This document shows, piece after piece, positions 35,051-41,689 of a stretch of 41,689 nt of DNA; the stretch's first letter is position 1; each line of letters begins with the position of its first letter. The stretch spans positions 1-41,689 of the forward strand of contig FLMG01000762.1 in the NCBI GenBank assembly GCA_900088475.1, given 5' to 3'. Position numbers and translations under genes: made by a program. The notes beneath the pieces are model-generated. The model ran no database searches and was not told the origin of the DNA. It saw nothing but the letters and a program-made list of their open reading frames with translations. Source of the DNA: Hyphochytrium catenoides (Eukaryota; Protista; Hyphochytriomycota).

Positions 35051-37751
35051 ATGATTGGGAGGGTACTGCGCCAGAGAGGGGCCTTCCTCATTCTTCTCTC
35101 GGCCTCATCTCTTCTTTCTTTCTCTCTATCGCTCTCTATTGAAGAAATTTATAACAAAGAGCACCTTCATGACATCTACCACCGCTCAGATGGAAGCGGA
35201 ATACCGCGAACCAATGCCGCGATAGCTCTCTATGAGCCTTCTTGTGGGCACTCCTTGTCTCAGCTGGGATTCTCTAGCATATCGTCAGAGCTTCAGTTTC
35301 TGACTCTTACTCACGACTGGAAAACAAGCAGAGCCGTCTCTTGGTATAAATGGACGGAGGATTTCGATCTTACGCGTGATTTCGATGTGACGGTCTGTCC
35401 CAGCATCTACTACCTGCCTAAAAATGCAAGCCTGAAGCCAGTGAAGTGGGACAACCAGGGAAGGTACGGTAGATCTCTTGGTATTTCCGTTGGCATTAGG
35501 CCGTCACATGTCTTAATATCCTGTGACTTCTTCGCCGCTCTACGACCTCATGGCACACAGCGTACTGCCGCGTAAGAGGTGTGCGTTAGCTTACCTCTTG
35601 TGGAGACAAGTTAACTGTCTGCTCTCGCTCTTGCCGCTTCCCTACTATCACCTTTGAGACCTTCGTCATCTATTCTCTCTCTTTCAGCTTGTTTATCTCT
35701 TCTGTTCTCTGACTAAATTGCTGCCATTTCCTTTGTGTCAATCGGTGCTATTGCACCCACGCCAGTGGTGCTTTGCTTGACTCGTCTAAGCTATTTTTGC
35801 TCTGTAGATACACTGACTGGATCTGGTCCCAGCTGAAGCGACGAATATCAATCGTCAATGAATGGGACAGTCCTGTGAAGCTTCTACGGGCGGACTTCGG
35901 CTCTGAATCTGTTGAGAGCTTTGGTCTTATTGCCACTTTCCAACCAGGAAAGACTCCGACTGAACTTGACTCTTATGCTACTCAGGTACACAGGCAAATT
36001 TGAACTCCTTTCGGCTTGACTTCATACCTTTGTCTCACCTTCGGGCCATGCCAGTTGAAAGCTCCGTCGCTTTGTTAACTCATAGAGTCTCTTCCTCTAG
36101 ATCATTATTGCGGTTGATGAGTCTAGCACTCAGTACCTTGGCCACCTCGTAGTAGATGAAGGAGAGACCCAACTGAGAGTTTCTAAAGATGTGAAGTCCC
36201 AGCCTCTCTCTGCCTGGTGGGCAGAGGAGAGAGCAAAGTTTAAGAAGGCTCTTGATGTTTGGGGGAACAACATGTGGTCACATGCTATGAGACATCTTAT
36301 GAACTACAAGGTGAGGAGGCGGTCCACTCAGAGATCTATCAGGCCCTCAGTTTAGTTTGTTCTTGCGAGAAGCAGCTCTTCTCTTGACTTCGATCAAGCT
36401 TGGCACCTGGCAAGAAAACAGCGATTGCAGCTTGCTGTTGACTTTGGCTTCCCTCTCTCTTTNNNNNNNNNNNNNNNNNNNNNNNNNNNNNNNNNNNNNN
36501 NNNNNNNNNNNNNNNNACTACTACGACACTCACAAGAGCAAGTCTCTCCTCGAGGACTGGCATCCTTACGGCACTCAAATCAACTATGACGCAGTCACGA
36601 CGAGGATGGTAGAACTGCCACACGAAACGAAACTCAAAGTTGGAGAGGTACGAGAGAGGCCCAAGTTAGGTCTAGGAAGTAGAAAGGGTCGGAAAGGGAG
36701 AGGAGAAAGATGGAACAAGCCAAAGGCGTTCCTCGCAACTCAAACGCTGCTGTTTTCCGCTGACCTCTCTATTGTCTCGAATGGCCAGATCATCCGTCCG
36801 GAGCTGGAAGCCTGGAGCAACCAGGAGCTAGTATTTGCTGCCCTTTACGGAATCAGAGAATACTTTAACGGTGGTGTTCTGAAGAGCCACGTGGACAGGG
36901 TGGAGACGCATGTCATCTCAGCCATCCTGAATGTTGATCAGGTAAAGAACGCTCTTTTGGCTGAGCCTGTTTGACCTATTTTGAGTTGGATTGCTCCGCC
37001 CGGGTAGAGGGCGGTCCACTTTGTTCATCCATCCTCTATGAGGTCCTCCCTCTCCGCCCTATTTCTCGTGCCGGACACTATCACCTCGCTTCTGTCCACT
37101 TAGCCTTATAGCTCTTCCCTAGCACTACTGACGCTCATCCGCTTTCACTTGTAGGACGTCGAGGAGGATTGGCTCCTGGAGGTGATAAACTATGAGGGAG
37201 ACAAAGTCTTTATTCCAATGGAGCCCGGAGACATGGTATTCTATGAGAGCAGCAAGGTTAGTACTCCTGGACTCTCTGATAGGTCTTACCCTACTGCCGC
37301 AGCTTTCTTTCTAGTCTACTGGTCTTCGCTCCGTATATTCTTTTTGCATATCTTATCCAGTGCATGCTAGCTCCAGAAACAGCCCTTGGAGAAAGACGCT
37401 TCTCTCGACGACCTTGTCTTTTGCTCCGAACTGCCTGCGTCCACCGGTTCTCTCCATAGTGTGATTGACAAAGCTGTCTTCACGACTTTCGTCTGCCCAA
37501 AATACCCTCCACAGCTCATCCATGGCCGTCCCAAGCCACTCAAAGGCAAGTTCTATGCGAACGCCTTCCTTCACTTCCGGCCCACTTTATGGTCCCAGTA
37601 CAGCTTGTCACCAATCAACATATTCCGTACACCAGATCAGCAGATTCCACTTCGGCCTTTCAACGTCATAGGGAAGCGACTAGATGATATTGCCGACCAT
37701 GGTTCGGCATGGCTCAAGAGCATTGAGGCTGCCCAGAAAGAGGAGCTTTAG
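35051..37751 (+). CDS. ER-resident 2OG-Fe(II) dioxygenase (prolyl-4-hydroxylase-like) with thioredoxin-like and VHL-beta-like N-terminal domains and C-terminal KEEL
   Basis: Exons ~35051-35463, 35809-35986, 36101-36310, (gap)-36647, 36789-36941, 37155-37256 and 37515-37751. Hydrophobic signal peptide; LYGIREY...LKSHVDRVETHVISAILNVDQ (HxD); MEPGDMVFYESSK|LIHGRP (distal His); YANAFLHFRP; ends QKEEL*. Confidence 0.88.
36463..36516. other. Assembly gap covering an acceptor and part of an exon of the oxygenase gene
   Basis: The N run is preceded by a pyrimidine tract and followed directly by coding sequence (YYDTHKSK). Confidence 0.9.
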
Positions 37752-38344
37752 AGATGCAGAAGATAGAATAGAATAGATCTCTGCAAAGAACGAATAAAGC
37801 TACTTCATTGCTATAGGCAAGGCGCTAGGTCGTATGAGTGTGCTGAGGTCGTCGACTTCTATATACTGCTGTGGAGGTTGGCATGATGTTCGTTCCCTGA
37901 TTCTTGGAAACCCTTTGATATCCTGGTGTTTAGCTGGGACAAGTTGGAACGTGAAGACCCGCGGCCTTTTAGTACGGGAATCTCGTCACAGCGACCACAG
38001 ATTGAAGCCAACAGACAGATAGTGAGCTAGTAAAGAGAGCAAGCGCTTCTACTCGAGCCCATTCTTCTTGCTTAACGTGGGGCTATTTTGCTGAGAACAT
38101 TGTGTCGTTATTGATACACTGACTTATAGGAACACACATAATTGTGGATCCCCGTACGTTTAGAGTGATAGCAGGACCGTGATAGTGGACAACGGAAGAG
38201 GTGAAGAGAGAGAAGACAAAGCTAGTGAGAGAGCCCTAGACGAACCTACGGAAAGAAATAAAAGGATAAGGACTCTGAACCCTCTTGCAGTGTAGGCACT
38301 GCATAAGGATAGTAACCAAGATAGTCCGAACTACTCTCCAGTCT

Positions 38345-40868
38345 CTAAAGAACGATCCTCTCGTCGTCTACACTGTCCCTCTCTCTTCCTTCACCAGAGC
38401 CCTCAAAAGGAGGAGGAGAAGAAGGCGTGCTGACAAACTTGACTTGGAGCAAACAGGCTGTTCCTCCAGCTAGGGTAAAAGCTATGGCAACGACGAGGAA
38501 CAGCCAGCTGCTAAGATCCACGCCTTGGAAGACTGACGACACGCAGGTCACTAGAGCTTGAGGAATCACAATAAGCAGATTGAGCACACCCATCTGTACC
38601 CCTGTTGGAAGAGTTAGTTGGACGGCAGACAGACGATGCCGTTAGTCAAAATAGCCCTCGACAAGCCATAGAATGGCAATAAAGGAGCAGTCCACAGGAG
38701 GAAGTTTAGCAGGAACTAGAGGCACTCACGCGATGAAAGAGAAGACAGGCGACTAGTTCTTAACGTAGATAACGTAGAGTCAGGAAAAATGTGAGAGACG
38801 CAGAGCAAAAGTTTTCACAATTGAGGGCCAAACGAAAAGCAGCCAAGGAAAGCCACCAAGATAAGCCTGTTCAGTTCTTACCGGTGTCGTTCTCCCTATC
38901 CGTCTGAGACCTAATGTAGGCACCGACCAGGGCAAAGGGGAAGGAGTTGATGGCCACTATAGGAAGACATATCATGGAGAGCAGGATGGCACCTAATGCC
39001 ACCTTCCCGGATGAGAATGAGAGGAGGTAAAACAGACCTGCTCCCCATAGCAACATTCCCGCATACAGAAAGCGAATGGAGACAGCACGGTAGGAGAGAA
39101 GACATGCGAGACAGAGACCGACTAAGGTTTGTCCTGCGTACGCCACCAGATCCACTGTGTCGTTCATCTTAACGCCCTGGTTGTAACTCTCAACCTGATC
39201 GAGTGAGGTACATTCTCGCGCGCTCTCTTGCACTTCTCGCTGAGTACAGCCGGGGTAGGCTATCTTTGCCCACCACGTGACTTTAAAAGTCCAAAGACAA
39301 AAAAGACCAATCCAAGAGAAGAACTGGACGACAGCAATCCTTACAAGGGACCGGGGCATAAAGCGCACTGAGGAAGAGGAATCAGAAAAAGTAGAACGTT
39401 AGAGAGCCCGTAAACCACCTATGTGGAGCAATGAAATGGTGAGGAGAGAGAGAAGAGAGAGCATCGGCGAAAGAAAGCAACCACTGTTGGGACCATGACC
39501 GCGAAAGACAGACCGACTATACTTTCTTAGCTGGACGATAAACATAGTAAACAGAGCATCAGGCACAGCAGGGATACCTGCTATGAAAGACTGCTTGAGA
39601 GGCTCGACACAGCCAGGTTTCCTAAGATAGAGCGGCCGTATGTAAGGCCTTTCCTTAGCAAGGATGCAGGACAAAGGGATGACGATAAGGTTCAAGCCCG
39701 TTGCGAGAGCCACGACAGGAAGCGCTTTCTCTCCTTTCTCCTCAGCAAATGGAAGCATCATAGCTGCTCCAATGATCCCCCCAATGCCTTGAAATCCTGC
39801 TGCCATTAGTTGACCCACAGCCTGTTGTCTGGACGAAGACAGGTCCGAGATGAGCGCTCTGAGAGGGGTCTGGATAACGTTGATGGTCGCGTCCATCCCA
39901 ATAAACATTAACAGAGCAAAGTATTGAGAAGCCTGGGTGAGGCCAAAGAAGTAGCGGGATGCTGCATAGAGAAGAGAGAAGAAGACGAAAGAGAACAGAC
40001 CGCCAATCATGAATGGTCTTCTCCTTCCATAGCTGCTCTCACAACGATCAGACGCGGCACCAACGAGAGGAGCTACAATGAAGCCTGAACAAGGTAGTGA
40101 GAGGGCAGACGATACGGGTCAGTCAAAGGAGCTAGACAGAACGAGACACGTTGAACGCGAGGAGCTACAATGAAGCCTGAACAAGGTAGTAAGAGGGCAG
40201 ACGATACGGGTCAGTCAAAGGAGCTAGACACAACGAGACACGTTGCGAAAGCGAGAAGAGATAGAAAATGAAAGAGTCTGATCTCTTCGGAGCTCCCATA
40301 GAGACCAAGAGAAGAGCACGGAGAGCGCTCCCAGAGCAGAAACCTGGAACAAAAGGTAACAGAGCTGAAAGTGGTCGAGAAACGTGGGAGACAGACAGAT
40401 AGGCAAAGGAGAGAAAGAGTGAGAGGAGACACACCAGAACGCGGCGTTGAAAGGGTTAAAGAAGCAAGGGAATGGTGAAGAGCCAGAGGTCTTCTGGTGT
40501 CATTCTCCACCTGTAATAGGCCCCCAAATCCAGGTAAGAGCCGCTAGATCTGCCGACATGCCTAGATATTCCATGTACGGCTGCGTCAGGGAAAACTCAG
40601 AGACCCAGAGGCACTGCACGCCCACCCAGGCAGAGGTGACTACCGCCAGTCGCCAGAGAGGATAATCTTCCCCTGTTCTGAAGCGTGCCCGTCCTTCTCC
40701 CTCATCTCTCTCTCCAGCTCCTCCATGGTAGAAGACAGGTGTTGCTGGCGTCTCCCTGGCCTTCACCTTGCCTTCACTGCGGATGTAGCTGAGCGCCAGA
40801 CAAGGGAAATCCGAGGATGACCGCGTGTCCAAGGTATCCCGGAAAGAGTGAGCAATGGTTAACTCCAT
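38345..40868 (-). CDS. Sucrose/H+ symporter-like transporter (SUT/SUC, SLC45; GPH/MFS)
   Basis: Exons 40868-40512, 40084-39578, ~39367-38882 and ~38601-38345. Motifs: GVQCLWVSEFSLTQPYMEYLG...WIWGPITG|FIVAPLVGAASDRCESSYGRRRPF, INVIQTPLRALISD, VQFFSWIGLF, SFPFALVG, GVQMGVLNLLIVIPQ. Confidence 0.93.
40062..40245. repeat. 92-bp tandem duplication spanning an intron/exon junction
   Basis: Copies 40062-40153 and 40154-40245 differ at three positions. Confidence 0.95.
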
Positions 40869-41419
40869 GGCTCAGGGCAGGAGAGATCTAAGAATGACTC
40901 TGCACCATGCTCACGAGAGGGAAAGAAGGTGACAAATAGTAAGAGAGAGAGAGAGAGAGAGACACACACACACAAGCACAAGATCCTTGATAGGTCAACG
41001 AGAGAGAGAGAGAGAGAGAGAAAGAGACACTCATACAAAAAAAGCTACCAGCCCAGACAATCAGAAGCAGTCCTGCGGCGTTATACGGGATGAAGATGAG
41101 AAGGAGTTGTTGTTGACAGCGGAAGAGATGATGATGACGGCATTCTCCGGCTCTGGAAGCAAGAAGAGATTCACGATGATGATGATCTTCCTCTTCTTGC
41201 GCACAGGCAGGACTCGAGAAGAGAAGAAAGTTTGAGACAGCAAGGAAGAGGTATCAAGAGAATGATAGACGAGGGTACAGTGAGGAGTAGCAGAGAGAGA
41301 GACCACAAAGAGAGAGTAGCAAGATGATGAGGGGAAGTGGCAGAGCAGACGGCGACAAGGACGACGGCGATCATTCGTCGTCTCATCATCTCTTGGTCTC
41401 TTATTCTGTCTTATCCTTC

Positions 41420-41689
41420 ATTGCTATGGCACTCTCTCTTGTCACTCTCTGTCTCCCTTCTCTTCTCTCCCTCTTTTCTTTTTCCTGTTTCTCTCTCTCT
41501 CCCACTCTTTCTCTCTCTCTCCCACTCTTTCTCTTTCTTACTTTCACTCTTTCTCTCTCACCTGCTTCAACCGTCTCAGTTTCTTGTTTCTCTCCTGTCA
41601 TGGATTCATAGATTGTATCTGTCCCCCTCTCTCGCTCTCTCACTCTCACTCCTTCGCCCCTTTCCCTCTCTCTCTCTCTCTCTCTCTCT
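41420..41689. repeat. (CT)n-rich low-complexity tract
   Basis: Directly visible polypyrimidine/(CT)n sequence running to the window end. Confidence 0.8.

Noticed and set aside
41040-41400. Possible exon in the last complex stretch of the window
   Set aside because: No consistent frame, start or recognisable motif. It may be 5' UTR or upstream sequence of the sugar transporter.

Overview
This is a 41.7-kb eukaryotic nuclear window from an intron-rich, gene-dense genome with dense (GA/CT)n microsatellites and four N gaps. The gene set looks protistan, possibly stramenopile/SAR (inference). Manual splicing of GT-AG introns plus one GC-AG intron recovers eight genes: (1) a 3'-truncated DUF2157-like membrane protein (-); (2) BRK1/HSPC300 (+); (3) a large USP32-like deubiquitinase with PX, EF-hand, DUSP and USP domains and a CAAX end (-); (4) a chalcone-isomerase-fold protein (-); (5) a bacterial-type sodium:solute symporter (-); (6) a myotubularin with an intact catalytic motif (-); (7) an ER-targeted 2OG-Fe(II) oxygenase (+); (8) a SUT/SLC45-type sugar transporter (-). 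Most ORFs in the supplied track are microsatellite or antisense artefacts. The best candidate for a new system is gene 7: one chain joining a signal peptide, a PDI/thioredoxin-like CxxS domain, a VHL-beta-like domain, a prolyl-hydroxylase-like domain and a KEEL retention signal. Other points are the PX-USP32 fusion with a Tudor-like insert, a 92-bp duplication of a splice acceptor, a CTAG/CTA excess suggesting non-CG methylation, and three unexplained intergenic islands. All domain calls come from motif recognition by eye, not database searches.
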